Assembly: GCA_025603075.1 (NCBI GenBank)
Contig: MU626296.1
Location: 75,029 to 139,028 of the forward strand
Reading direction: 5' to 3'
Origin: Neoconidiobolus thromboides FSU 785
Lineage: Eukaryota > Fungi > Entomophthoromycota
DNA: 64,000 nt
Made by a program: the position numbers and the translations under genes. This document shows, one piece after another, positions 27,360-40,980 of this stretch (within the stretch, counting starts at the first letter, position 1; the number at the start of each line of letters is the position of its first letter). The notes under the pieces were generated by a model. It made no database searches and had not been told where the DNA came from. It worked only from the letters and a program-made list of their open reading frames with translations.

Positions 27360-30300
27360 TTTGGCAAAGATAATAACATAAATAATTAGAAGTTAGATAT
27401 AAAGTGTACGCGTCCTTGTTTTATGCAAATTCAGTCCTTTCCATAGCTGATAAAGCATATGATGTTGGTGTACTGTTCAAAATGGGGAGATTTTTAAAGA
27501 TAGGTGAAGTAATATAATTTTGATTATTTTTTAAGACAAATACATAAAATTTAATTAAATGTTTGATACCTAAATCAATATTGTTTAATAATAAAATAGT
27601 AAGCTCTTATTTCAACCTTGAAACCATTTTGTTCACTTTTGTAAAATATTTGATAGCGTTAAAAAAATAGATACTGTTTTTAATTAATAGTATTTGTTTA
27701 GAAGCAAAACACTTAATGGTGACTTGAAATAATTTAATATGCTATTGGTGATAAACAACAAAACCCTTCATATTAGTACACATTTTTTGATTTAGTTTGA
27801 TCTAATTTTTGATTTATAAATTCTTCTATATGCTGTCCTTTACGAAATCCTAGTAAATTATAACCCAATACTTTATTATTTTTTTTGATGAATGCTAATG
27901 GCTTGTGATTTCCAAGACTCCGTTTAAGAATGTACCAAAATTAATGACTTTATTTTTAGTAAGAGTTAGCAAAATAGTTTTTAAATGATCAAAGAATTGT
28001 TTTATTAGTACAAAGGCAGATAAATATCCGGCACCTATTTCATGTAAAATCTCTATAAATTTTGAATAGAACAAGGCTTCTTTTTAATATACAATTTTGA
28101 AACAAGTGCTGTACGATTTTTTTTCGATCAAAATGATTCAAAGATCAATAATCTTTTTCTTTTATTAATCTTTTGAATACTATATTTCGATTTTGAGTAT
28201 GCTGGTTAAATTCCTCAATTAGTATGTCTAACTTGACTCCATTTTTTTCTTATTCGCTTGAGTTTGCCCATTTATTTTGAGTTACTTCTTTTAATTCATT
28301 AATTTAGTCTTTATAACGCATCTTTTGATACGAATATATTATAAAGCTGTAATTGCTAAAAAAATAACATAAAACTCAGCCCCAATGTCATCTAGTAAGT
28401 CAATGCAAAATAGGCGTTTACAATTATTTATATGTAAACTTAAACTTTTCTGCTAAACAGTACCAAATGTATTACCATTTTATATCTCTTTGCAAGTTGG
28501 GCATTATGATTATAAATTATGAGTTCTATTTGAAATCAATTAAATATAAAACAATAATGTAATTCAATATTTCATTTATAAAATTCATTAATTGTTGGTA
28601 AATATTCTACAGTTTCGGTTTAAATATTATAAATTTGAATGAATTTATTGAACTGAGTTATTACTTCTCTTATTGAACCTAATCTATTTGATATTACATT
28701 AATATCCTTATAGTAGTATAAGCTATTTTTTGATAACATTGAAATAGTAGCATAGTTAGTTCGTTTAGTAATTTTGACTTGGTCAAGTAACTTATAAAAC
28801 ATAGTGTAATATCATCTGTAGCAACGGAATCAAGCATTAGGACATAGGCCTGTTTCCTTAGTTGAATTCCCCTACTCAATGCCTCTAATTGTTCTTTTGT
28901 AGCTGTAGTATAGCTTTTAACAACACTTAAATAAGTAATAAAGCCTTTAAGGATTAACGAATCATAACTATTATTATATAGTTCTGTCATGATATATTGT
29001 GAAAAGAAAGGTATATCAATTTTATCATTATAAATACATAAATCTGTTATAAATTTACTTAAATTCTTAAACCATGACGAGTAAGTCATCTTATCTTTTA
29101 GTTTGTGTTTACTCATATTGTCTAATTGTTAAACTATAAAATACAGATAATTTCACTAGAATAATTGGATAAATTTACAAATAATTTAATAATTGCATCA
29201 ATTTGATTTTCAAATTTCATTACATTGTCTATTAATAGCTGTATTAGCTGTATCGGATTATGAGTTAGATAAAAACAATAAATTATAAATATATTCAAAA
29301 TTATCATTGGTCGATCTTCTTAAATCCCCTAATACTAACTTTTATATATAAAATTTACTGCATAATACATTCATTTTTTATTGCTTTTAATTCATACAAA
29401 TACGCATAATTCGAAAGCCTTGTTTCAATATTAAGCTGACTTAGTATATCTCATAATACATTATTCCGTTTTGGTTTACTGTTACAAAATGAAAGTACAG
29501 GGATAATTGATTTTATAATACTTGATAGCCAGACATTGTATACATTTTAATTTAGATTGTTATTAGAAAGTGATATTGAGACAGTGGATAGCCTTTTGAA
29601 TAAACTAAAACTCATAATGGAGTCCTAATATATCAATTAAAGGTAGTAATCCGGATGTTGGATACTTATCGTTTATATTTCCAATTGAATTTGTTTTATA
29701 TTGCTTATATAATAATTCATATTGTCTTTTGTATTTGTATTTGTATTTGTATTTGTATTTGATGATTTATTAGCTTGTAGTTTGATGTCTATTATATAGT
29801 CTGTAGACAAAAGAGGACAACTTTCTTTAAATAAGTTAAGTGTGAAATCAATTATATTGCTAATGAGATATGAAGTTGTGGTATCTAGACAAATACATTA
29901 GAGGTAATGAAACAACATGTACATTGCTTCTTCAAGGTATCTTAAAGTTAGTAAACAATTTAAAAATAAATTTTATGGTTATTTTTGGGAAAAATATTTA
30001 ACTTATTTAATATCTAAGTAATGTTGATTACTGAACTGATTTTAAAACCAAAATGACAAAATATCTTACAATAGTATTGTTATTTTGTACATTTATTCTT
30101 AGTATTTCGTGAAAAATATGACTTTCCTAAATAAAGATATTAAATTTACATGATTATTCTTAAAATAGAGATAAGTACTTGGTTTAACGTTGTAAAGTTT
30201 ATTGATTTAGTCTTTAACTGTTTTATAGAATTAGCATGCTCTTTCTCTTAACCTTCTTCAGAAGCTAAAAGTTGTACACTAAAATCTAAATGTTTAAAAC

Positions 30301-31247
30301 AAATAAATAATAATACCTCAAATTCTATATCTTTCATTTCAATTAAACCTTCTTTTATTAATAAACTTATTGAATGAAAATACTCAGGCTTTAAGTCGAT
30401 CTAAAAATAATTAGTATTGATTGTTATAATAATAGCTATAGCTACTTTAGCACTACTTTTAATAATTTATATCGAGAAGATGTAATAGAAGCCAACTTTT
30501 CAGGAGATAAGTCAGAATACTTAAATAAAGAAAACAATCATAATGGGTTTGTATAAATATAGGAAATGAATGCGTTGAAATATATATAGCTCTAAATGGG
30601 TCCATATCGAAGGTCCCTATTTTCAATTAGACATATCTATGCTTTTTATAATATTTTTTATTTATTTGTTCTTTTATGAAGTTCAAAACCTCACTTAATC
30701 TTGTTTTATCTTCAATAAGCTCAAATAAAGAAGTGATAAATGAAGAATAGTTGAATGAGTTTCCTCGAAAGAGATTATAAGTATTGAGCATATATCTGGT
30801 AATAATCTTCGGTTTGATATAGTAAAAACAAAATAATCGTTTGCTTTAATTTCCTTTCATAATAAGTTTTTTGCTTAAATTTTTCCGAGTCTTTATCAAT
30901 ATCGAGAGATTTTAATGTCTTTGCTTTGCTCTTAAAAATAAGTTTTTACAACTAATAAATTTCTATTCCTAGAATAATTAAACTAAATGTCGATATGATG
31001 AATAATAATAAATTGCCATAAATAAAACTATAAGCTCATAAAACTTTTTCTCCAATTCAGAATCCAAAGAATCTTCAATGGTAATCATTACATCTGTTAT
31101 ACGATTTTTTAAATTTATTACGTTTGATTCTATCAAGTTGGATAACATTTCCTCTTCATTAGTATGTTTGTTTATATAATTCTCTAGTATAGGTTATGAG
31201 TTAAAATAGATGACACTGTCTTCTCCTGTTTCACCAGTAACCAACAT
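27360..31247 (-). pseudogene. THO2: Disrupted THO complex subunit 2 (THO2/THOC2) homologue with many stops and frameshifts, introns retained
   Basis: Collinear fragments match remembered THOC2 motifs: KAKTLKSLDIDKDSEKFKQK (ETLESLGLIKQSQQFNQK), YNLFRGNSFNYSSFITSL (FNLLREENEGYAKLIAEL, ~30730-30780), IGTFDMDPFRAI (IGCFNLDPNRVL, ~30590-30625), EALFYSKFIEILHE...TKNKVINFGTFLNGVLEITSH*H (DAVYCARFVELVHQ...TENEASRYGRFL...RWH, ~27890-28080), HQ*HIKLFQVTIKCF...IKNSI (HKWHYKLTKASVHCL...IRNIL). End points approximate. Confidence 0.8.
29728..29757. repeat. (TTTGTA)5 microsatellite inside the THO2 pseudogene
   Basis: tttgta x5 read directly; the apparent reading frame shifts across this region. Confidence 0.9.
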
Positions 31248-31559
31248 GCTCAAACTTTAATTTTTAACATAATTTGGTTATTTAATAGAAGTTTTTAAGC
31301 TTATTTCATGATTTATATTCAGCTAATTTATAATCTATTTTGAACCACTATTATTGTTTTTGTAAGATTTTGATCAGATTATTATAATAGTAGCAATAAA
31401 TTAATATGTTACTAATTTTAAAAAGGCATTGTATTTAATAATGAATTCAATGAAAAGTTAAATCAACAAATGATTAAAAATATATTGATTTTAAGAATTA
31501 AAATTTATATCTAAGATTGAATATATTATAAACTATTAATGCTACTTTTTGAAAAGAAT

Positions 31560-34500
31560 CTAATTCATTGAAGATAAGCTAAAGGTACAGCAACTCTCTT
31601 TCAAATACTTTGATAAGGATTGAATTAACTCTGGGTTTAAAGATCGCATTTCAAGTGCAATGCTAAGCTTATTAACAGCAGATACATTCTTATTAATCTG
31701 GTTCTTAACTAAAGCCACAATTTCTTCACCATAAATATTACGTCCTCGTAATGTATAAGCAATGCCATTCATACTTTCAATAATCGAGAGTTTCAAAATA
31801 TATTTACTTAAATGAGTTGTCACTTGGTTGAATAATTTGTAAACGTTTGATGCGCTAATGGGATGTGGTAAATCAAATTCAAGGTCAGTTCGAATAGAAG
31901 ATGAGAAATTTTGTGGGTTTTCTTGCATCATTTCTGCAAACTCATCTGGGTTCATGTCATTGATTCTATGTGGCGGTAACATTAAACTTGAAGGTAATAT
32001 ACTTATTTGGAAATTGGTTGATTTACGCGTAGCAAAATCATTCTAATAAAATTTTAGCTTATTTGTTATTATAAAATACTTAATAAACTACTCACTCCTG
32101 TAAAATAACCTAGTGACACTGATAATTCGACCATTTCATTAAAATTAGTTATACTTGTAGGCGATATTCTTATGGATAAGCTTGATTGTCTTCCAGGTTG
32201 AGTTGAGGTCGCTAGCTTAGCTGTATTCCATAAATCAATACCATAAACCTTTAATGGAGGTTCATTAAATACTAATTCTGAGTCGTTGATAATCATTTCT
32301 TCAGATAAATTGACTAATCTAAAATGTATTAATGTTCCTGCATCTTCTAAAGCAGAAGGTCCGCTTCCTTCCAACTCATAAACTAAGCGTAGTTCTTCAT
32401 TTTCAACACCAACCTTTTCTTCATTAATTCTAGGAAATTCAAATAAAATGTCAGCTAATGGTGTTACAGGCATTGAGCTTGATTCATCTATGAAATCATC
32501 TTTCTTTTTTGTGCTTTTTGATTTCTTTTTAGTTTTCTTAACTTTCTCTTTATTCAAATTTGAAGTTAATGGGTCTAAGTCTATTAACGAAGTTTGATTA
32601 TCTTCTTTTTTAGGCTCCTTCGCTTTCTTCTTCTTTTTCTTTGTTTTTTCTTTCTTTCCTTCAGCTTTCAAAAGCTCATGTTGCTGAGCACGTAATTGGT
32701 TGGGGCTCTTATAAGCCTCAATCTGTGGTAGCTTTTCATTTTTCTTTAAAGGAGTTACTAAATCAATGGATGCCAATGCTACTTCTGAGCTATCTTTAAC
32801 ACCATTCTTGGATTCTTCATCTGAGACATTCACCCCTTCTGGCATTTCCTCTTTATCTATGATAGCTGGCTCTACCTCTTGTGCTATACGATTTATTCCA
32901 TTATTTTTAATTTTACTACCTTTTTTAATATTTTTTCCTATTTTGATTGATTCAAGGAGTGATTTAGATGTCCAGCCTGTCGAGTCCTGATTAATTTCAA
33001 GATTTACTATTGGAATCGAATCAACATCAGGTAATAGTGAGTCATTATTTTCATCATCGCTCTTTGCATCTATATAAAATGGATCATTTTTCATCCTTTG
33101 CTTCCTTTGTTTCCGCTGTTTACTATTATTAATGTTTTTATCTTTCTTAGAATCAATTAACTTGGACTTTTCTCCAGAAAGTTCATTAAACAAATCATCA
33201 TCATCTGGTATTGGAGAGAATATTGCTTTTCTAGAATTGAAGTCAACATTTGATCCTGGTAAAGAAGGAAGTGAGGCCTTTGGAGGAGGCTCAAATAGCC
33301 AAGGGTCCAAATCAAGCCCTTCTGGGAGTGGGACTTTAGATTGAGCCTTTGCAGCTACAGCATTTAACTCATAAATTTGAAATAAAACTTCCATATCTTT
33401 TAAGATATTGAATTTAGGTGGAGATAAATTAAGATGCTCATTAATTAAATTTAACAGTTGAGATATATTACAAGCCTACAACAATAGTTAGTATATGTTT
33501 ATATTTGTTAAATCAAAATAGTACTCTTTCCTGAACTTCTAGATCTGGTGAAAGAGTGAAGGGCTTAATGCCATTTAACATTTCGCTAACTCCTTCGACT
33601 ATTGAATCTTTTGAAGACTCAAATCCGTTTTCGTTTTGAAGACCCATAGCATGCGATATAAATATTTTAGCAGAGGATTGAATATAGACAGCTTGTACTT
33701 CATAGCTCAAGTTACTTAATCTATTATCAAAGATGCTTTTTATTAAAATCCCAGGAGAAAGTAAATGTCTTTAAGATAATTAGCTTTTAACAATTTAATT
33801 TTATAATGAATTACTTTGAATATTCTCCAATAATTAATGAGGCTGATTTTAATACTTCTGAATTTGTTTCAGGCAAATGAGCATTATTATATAGTGATTG
33901 ATCAGAAATAAGTCGAGTCTAAAATTTTAATTAATTTAATTGAATATAAATATTATTTACCATCATTTTGACTGAATATGGTCGTACAGACTTGACTCTA
34001 ACAGAAACATCGAGAAGTTGCTCAGCTAAAATGGATCCAACTGCAACTTTAGAAACATAAACTAAATCAAGGAGAGTTGCGATATACCATTCAAAATTAG
34101 TAATATTAATGTAAGTTTGCTTTGAGCACATCTCTATAATTGCTTCAACGACTATACGACGGTAAATTGGGTCAGAGTTGTACTGCCATGTCCCTTGCTG
34201 GGTATTTGATATTACTACTTTGCCTCCAGGCGATCCAATTTCATTAGCTTCATCTCCAATCAAAAGGCCAATAAGCTTTTTAACTGTATTAATCAATGAA
34301 TTTTTGGTTACCATTTTAGCAAGAAGATCGATGGATCTTATTCTTATACTGTAATCAAAATCATCAACACAAGAAAGCACTAAACCACCATGTTCTAATA
34401 CTAACTCAGGATAAAGTGGTTGAAACTTTTCTAAAGCAAGGATTCCTATGTACTTTAAATTTTGATCCTGGTCTTCTAAAAAACACCTGAGCTTATTTGA

Positions 34501-35523
34501 GCACATTTTTGCAAGCTCTTGTGATGCTTCATTTTGAGTATCATTTAAAAAACCACCAGTAATCACTGTATAAATACATTCATATAATAATGACATTGCA
34601 GGCGTAGTTTCAATGATTGATCTTAATGGCTGCAAAAGTTTTTTGACTAAACGCGGTTCATGTGGTGTTAGTGAAGCAAATAATTTTACAATTTTAATTA
34701 ACATCCAATTATTATTAGAAGTCGTAAGTAAACGATATAAAGTTGGAACTAAAGGAAGATAACTCTGAGGTGATTTGCGAGACAATTCGCAAATCACATT
34801 GACCGCAGAAGTAACAACAGCTTTATTAAGTTTTAGTAATGTTTTGAGTTTTCATGTTAAAATATATATACTTACACTGGTCTTGGTCCTCCAATTTTTC
34901 TTTTAGTTTTGGAAAACAAACACGTAAACCTTCTGGAAATTTTAAAAATACCTTATAAAGAGCTAAAGAAGCTCTTTTTCTTACATAACTTCGTGAATGA
35001 GATAATAAATTTAAAAGATCTTGACAAAGGAACTGCGCAAGGTCAGGAGTTAAAAATTGAGATAACCCATTAATTGCGATCCCAACCTCAAAATAACGTG
35101 GCGATGTTAAATCCTTTTGATTTTTTATTTAACTTGTAACTACCATTTTTAAAATTGTTACCTTTTTAAGTTGATTAGTGGCAAGCATTAAAACCTCTGT
35201 ATCTTGGCGAAAAGATTGAGTACCAGCTAAATAACCGATCCTTTTGTATGTTAAATTAGGGGAGGATATTACTTCAACTACATGAAATGAAGCCCAACCA
35301 TAATCATAGCCGAACATTTGTAACTAAATAATAAATCTATTGAAATAAAATTTATAATAAAAATTACGTAGGCTAGTTTTGAGATTGCGGCAGCTTTATA
35401 ATCCATATCATCTGTTTTAAGTTCTTTCCTTATTTCTTCAATACATTTTAAGATGTACTCTTTTTCATTCTTTTTGTGGGCCCTTATGCCTTTTATAAGG
35501 TCATTTAATGACTTTTCAAACAT
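31560..35523 (-). CDS. APL5: AP-3 complex subunit delta, multi-exon
   Basis: MFEKSLNDLIKGIR, MFGYDYGWASFHVVEVISS...KRIGYLA, TNQLKKDL, ICELSRKSPQSYLPLVP...NNNWMLIKIVKLFASLTPHEPRL, ELNAVAAKAQSKVPLPEGLDLDPW. Confidence 0.95.
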
Positions 35524-36136
35524 TTTACTTTTAATAGAATTGAAATTTAAAAGCTTTATTTTGACTATTTCATCATTATTTTGGTCATTGCTTTCTATCA
35601 TTGGCTCCTCAGCTTACTAAATTTGTACATTTGTCAGTTTATTATTTAATAGCCACATTATATATCAAACAATAATAAGGTTTTACGAAATATTTGATAA
35701 TAATAATTATATTTTATAACAAAATAATTACAATGAAAATATATTAGTCTAAATAGTTTAAGACTAGTTTTTGGTGGCTATTTGCTGTAAAACAATTTAA
35801 TAAAGTTAAAATAGATAAGAAATAACTGTATTTAATTTTGGGTATATGCTATTATTTAAATAGTTATAATAATGATAAACTATTATATGTTTTAAATTAT
35901 AATTCATAAGAGTTTCATTATAAAAATTAATAAAATGGTCTATAAGGTATTTATAAATACAAAATAATCAACGATAACCTTTGTATTTTTGGAGAATAGT
36001 TAATTTATCAACCTATTATGATTTTTAGTAAGCCAAAATTTTAAACCAAATCATTTAATCATTTTTAAAAAATATAAAAGTTTTGTTCAAAGTTTTATTA
36101 AATAATATCAAATTTATTTTCAACTAAAAAAAGCGA

Positions 36137-39100
36137 ATGTTTAATTCACTAAAAGATCGATTAAACTCGGCTGTAAATAGTGGGCTTTCTCCAAAACTTG
36201 AAGAGGCTAGAAGAAAGGTAGCTGAAATTACGTCTCCATTATCCGAGTCAAATGAGTTAGAATTAAAGATTGATGCTACTTCTCCATCTGAGTCCTTATT
36301 TAATAATGACCAGGACTCAGAATCTATTTTAGATACTGATAAGGATAAAACTGAAGAGGAGAATAAGCAAGAACAAGAGAATTCTAATGAAAATGAAGAA
36401 ACAAAAGAGGATACAGAGAATTTATCTAAAGAAACTTTATTAAAGTTGGAAAAGCTTAAAAAATATGAAACCAAATATCCAGGTAAATAATCAAAACTAA
36501 AAGAAAAAACATCTGATATAATACCTTTATTTAGAACTAGCTAGAGCTTATAAGTTTCAAATGACAAAGATTAAAGAGTTGGATGAAGTTTTAAAAAATG
36601 AAACTCCTATTGAAGGCTATACTGATGTTCAAGGTTTAAAGGATTATCTAAAAAACTTAGCTACTCAAAATGAGGTAATTTCTAAAGATAGTTTCAATAT
36701 TTTTGTAGTTAATTTTTGATTTAGATTGCCATGTCTGAGTTTAAAAATGTTTCCAAATTACATGGAGGTAATAGAATATATGCTCTTCAATATTTTACTT
36801 AGTTTATTAGAAAAGGAAAATAAACTCAAAGAGTTAGAAAAGGAAATAACAGATTATCAAAATAAGATATCAGCTTTAGAGGAGGAAAAAGTAATCATTA
36901 TAAGTCAATAATAACTGTTTTAGTTAAATTATTTATAAAGGAAACCATAATTCCCCAAGACTTATCATTGCAAGGTATAATATTTAAAAGATTTTAGGAA
37001 ATGGCTTATATTATTTAGAGCTCTTGACCAAATTAAATGAGAAAATTAAAGATGAAGGAATCGAAGAGTGTGGTGAAAGTATAAATATTATTGAATCTTT
37101 GTTTAATAATCTGGACGCAGAAAGTCAAAATAAAATATTAGAATCAAATCCAAAAATGCAGTCGTTGAATCTCAGCCTATTTCAACTTAGAGAAGATAAT
37201 GACAGCAAGGCAAAGGAACTTACAACTAAATACGATCAACTTTTTAATACTCATCAAGAGTTAAAGAAAGAATTTGAGGCTTGTGAAATAAAATTTAAGG
37301 ATTTGGAAAGCTTAAACAGTAAACTTGAGAAAGGTAAGCTCTATTTTTTATACTTTCAAAACCATTTAAAAGTAAATTAGATCTTATAACACACAAAGAA
37401 AACGAGAAAGAGAAGAATGAGTTAGATTCATTTTATCAAAGCATCCTTGGCTCAGATAAATCTTTTAATACTATCGATGAACAGAAAAAAGCTATAAGCG
37501 AATATTTTTCTAGTTTAAAAGTTGAAAATGGAGATATTAATAAAAAAATTCAGGTTCAGCAGAGTTTAATTGATCATTTAAAGTCGTTAAATGATAGTAA
37601 ATCTATACAAATTGAAGGATTGAAAAAAGAAACTGAGCAAATAAAAAGCAGAAGCACAAATGCTAACCAATCTAAAGTAATTACACCAACTCCAAAAGGT
37701 AAAGGAAAGAAAAAGAAGCAAAAGGGAGCAATAAGTCCTGGTGCAAGTCCATCTACGATTGAACCTACTATAAAAGCAGAATCTAGTGAATCAATAATAA
37801 ACGAGCAATCCAAAGAAGAACTTTTGGAAGATATACGCTCCAAAGACGAGAAGCTCTCAATTATTGAAAAGGATCTTGAACTCAAATCAATGGAAATTTT
37901 AGATTATGAAAAAAGAATCAATAATATGCAATCTGAATTAAAGGAAAAAGAGGCAAGTTATAAAAGTGAGTTTGATAAACTGAATGATCATAGTGAAAAG
38001 GATAAAATGAAGATGCAAAAAATGAATGACAAGATAAATGAGCTCAATAGCAATATATCCTTATTAAAAGAAAGTACTAAAAAAGATGAGCTTGAGATCA
38101 CGCAATTAAAAAAAGAAGTTTCTAATGATAAATCATTAATTGAGGATTTGAATAGTAAAGTTTCTGAAATTGGAAGATTAAAAGACATTGTTAAGGAGAA
38201 GGAAGATAATATATCACAACTTAAACATGAAGCAGAAAACACAAGTAATGCTGAAATTGAAAAGCTAAAAAAATCAATTAAAGAAAAAGAAGACGGCTTA
38301 AACCAAATGAGAGAAAAGCTTGGTGAGTTACAGAAAGAAATTGAGACACTTTCCAAGGCCAAAAAAGAGCTCGAATTCAATTTAAAGAAAGAAACAGACT
38401 TGAGAGTTAATTCAGAAAAGGAACTTGTCACTTTTAAAGATAAGTCCAATAAAGAAATTACACAATTAAAACAGAGCACTCAAAGTAAAGATAAAATTTT
38501 ACAAAACTTTAAAAAAGAGAAGCTTAGTCTTGAAAGCGATAAAAAAGAGTTAGAAAAGGAGCTTTTAAATCAACAAAAGCAGACGAAACAGTTAAATCAG
38601 GCTATACAAAGCAATGAAAAGGCGTTAGTTTCAATTAAGATAGAATTAGATTCATTAAAAAAATTATCCGAAGAGAAAGAAGCGCTACTTTTGCAAACTG
38701 AGAAATCCAATAGCAAGACTAAAGAAGATCTCAGTAAAACTTTAGAAAACTTGAAAAAGTTAGAAGAATTAAATAAGATTTTAGAGGAGCAAAGAAGAGA
38801 AACCGAAAGTCAATTAGATGAGGCCAAAAAATCAATCAATGAATTGCAAGCAACATCTCAAGAATTTGATCAAATGAAACAAGGTCTTGAGACAAAGGAA
38901 AAAGAGTTACTTGGTCGTATTGAGATTTTAGAACAAGAGCTCGAAACATCTAAACAACTATTTAAAGAGAAAGCTAAGCAGCTCGATGAGTTACATCTCC
39001 AATATGCCCAATTACAATCAACTTCTCAAGAAGAGTCACATAAGTATAGTAAAGAACTTTCTGTGACTCAAATCAAACTAGAAAAAGTTAACGACCAACT

Positions 39101-39846
39101 TAAAAAGAAAGAACAAGAGCATGAGGTATTAATCAATCAAGTTATTAAAGAGAAGGAAAGGATCGAAAAAGAGTATGAAGATACAAAAAATAAACTTAAT
39201 GAGATCAACTTTGAGTATCAAAAAATAGTAAAAGAAAAAGAATTATTAAATGAAGAAAGTGAACAAATTAAAGACAAATTGCAAAACAATGAACATAAAC
39301 TTATCAAATTGGAAGAAATTAAAGTAATTTAATATTTAAAATACTGAACATGTTATTTATTATTATCTAGAACAAGCTAACCCAAGTCGAAGAAGAATTC
39401 GAAAAGATACGATTAGAGAAAGATTCAATATTAGAAAATAGTAAACAAAAAGAAACGCATTTAAGAAACTTAAATAAGGTTATTAAAACAAACTGTATAT
39501 TTAACGTTTATATTAATTTTTATTAGGATCTAAAAGAAGAGGTTAAAAGGTTACAAAAAGGTAGCCCAAATACCAATAATAGTGTGTTCTCGCCTCCAGT
39601 TTCACCTACTGCAAGGAGATCCCTTTCAGAACTATCTGAATCCGATCCTAATTTATCTTTTAACATCGAATACCTTAAAAATGTTATAATGAAATTTTTA
39701 ATTGATAAAGAGCACAGAGTAAATAGATTTTCACTACTATTAGATCATAACTAACACTATTATTTTAGCCTCAATTAATTATAGTTCTTTCTCATCTTTT
39801 GAAATTTAATCCAGTAGAAGTTAAAAAATTACAGGAGTTAATATAA
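36137..39846 (+). CDS. IMH1: GRIP-domain golgin (Imh1/golgin-245-like), multi-exon
   Basis: Very long E/K/L coiled coil ending in NIEYLKNVIMKFLIDKEHRPQLIIVLSHLLKFNPVEVKKL (GRIP domain with the conserved Tyr). Confidence 0.85.
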
Positions 39847-40036
39847 AAATAATCGTATATCTATTATTCAAAATATTTTCTACAGATTGAAATTTATATT
39901 ACTTTATTACTATTATTATAACATTTATTAGATTGATAAAGTATAAATTTTAAGTTCGATTTAATCCTACCATCTATATCTTACAATTATTGATTATCGT
40001 CTATGTATTACTTTAATTTAATGTTGGTAGATCAAT

Positions 40037-40141
40037 ACATGGGGATGTTTTTTTATTTCATTACTTTTTCCATCTTTTAAACACTATTTGAGTGGGAAAA
40101 CTGTTAATGGAATTCCTAAACACAAAAATACATCCCCATAT
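40037..40141 (+). mobile_element. MITE family A copy (perfect 8-bp TIR)
   Basis: acatGGGGATGT...ACATCCCCatat. Confidence 0.88.
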
Positions 40142-40205
40142 CTTAATAATATAAATCAACTTTGATAAAATATCCATTAAATTTAAATTCTAATAGTAAA
40201 GAATA

Positions 40206-40313
40206 ATATGGGAGTGTTTTTTTTTGGCTTCATTACTTTTTCCATCTTTTAAGCGCTATTTGAGTGGAAAAATTATTAGTGAAATTCTTAAATACAAAAA
40301 TACATCCCCATAT
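40206..40313 (+). mobile_element. MITE family A copy (near-consensus)
   Basis: atatGGGAGTGT...cttcattactttttccatcttttaagcgctatttgagtggaaaaattattagtgaaattcttaaatacaaaaatACATCCCCatat. Confidence 0.88.
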
Positions 40314-40452
40314 CTTGTTGATTTAGTATACTTAGTCATATAAGATATGGTAAACTAATAGTATGTTGAGATGTTTTTTTTATAAGTTAATTAATACTAT
40401 TTTGATCTTTAAGATATTTAAAGAGGATAAAAGATTGAAGTAAAAATCATAT

Positions 40453-40560
40453 ATATAGGGATGTATCCTTGTGTTTAAGGATTTTACTAATAATTTTTCT
40501 GCTCAAATAGTACTTAAAAGATGGAAAAAGTGACGACGCCAAAAAAACATACTCACATAT
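40453..40560 (-). mobile_element. MITE family A copy (reverse)
   Basis: atatAGGGATGT...gctcaaatagtacttaaaagatggaaaaagtgacgacgccaaaaaaACATACTCacatat. Confidence 0.82.
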
Positions 40561-40980
40561 ATAATGAAGTTCCCTTCAATTTGTAAAATAAGAGAGTTAA
40601 TTGATATATTTTATAAAATTGTATTAGATCAGAATTTAAACTCATAAGATCAAAATGCAGTTGTATGCTATCTAATTTTACAAAAAAGCTAACAAAGTTT
40701 TACTAGTTGAAGTTGAAATTATTAAAATTTTGTGTCATTTTAGTAGTTTTATGAGAAAGACTAAAAAAAGCTTATTAAATTATTTTGATTGAGTTATAAA
40801 AAATATTATTATTATTTTAACCTATTACTAGCACACATTTGATAAAGAACGTAACTATAATATACATGTAAAAATAAAAAACTCAAAAATTCAAAATATT
40901 AAGTAGTCGTGCTAAAAATTATATATATTTTAACATCAATAAAATATAATTCTAAACAATCAAGACCAATTTATATTAAT

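Noticed and set aside
28620-29116. ORFs 28694-29116 and 28620-28802 as independent genes
   Set aside because: They are overlapping frame fragments of the THO2 pseudogene.
27742-29460. In-frame TGA codons as selenocysteine or mitochondrial-code Trp (NUMT)
   Set aside because: TAA and TAG also interrupt the same frames, there are spliceosomal introns and frameshifts, and THO2 is neither a selenoprotein nor mitochondrial.
30500-30640. Two apparent 16-nt GT-AG mini-introns that would join frames in the THO2 region
   Set aside because: The frame with the real THOC2 motif (IGTFDMDPFR) is a different one, and all other introns in the window are far longer; chance.
36124-38479. Ser/Phe-rich minus-strand ORFs over the golgin
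   Set aside because: Antisense of E/K-rich coiled-coil codons.
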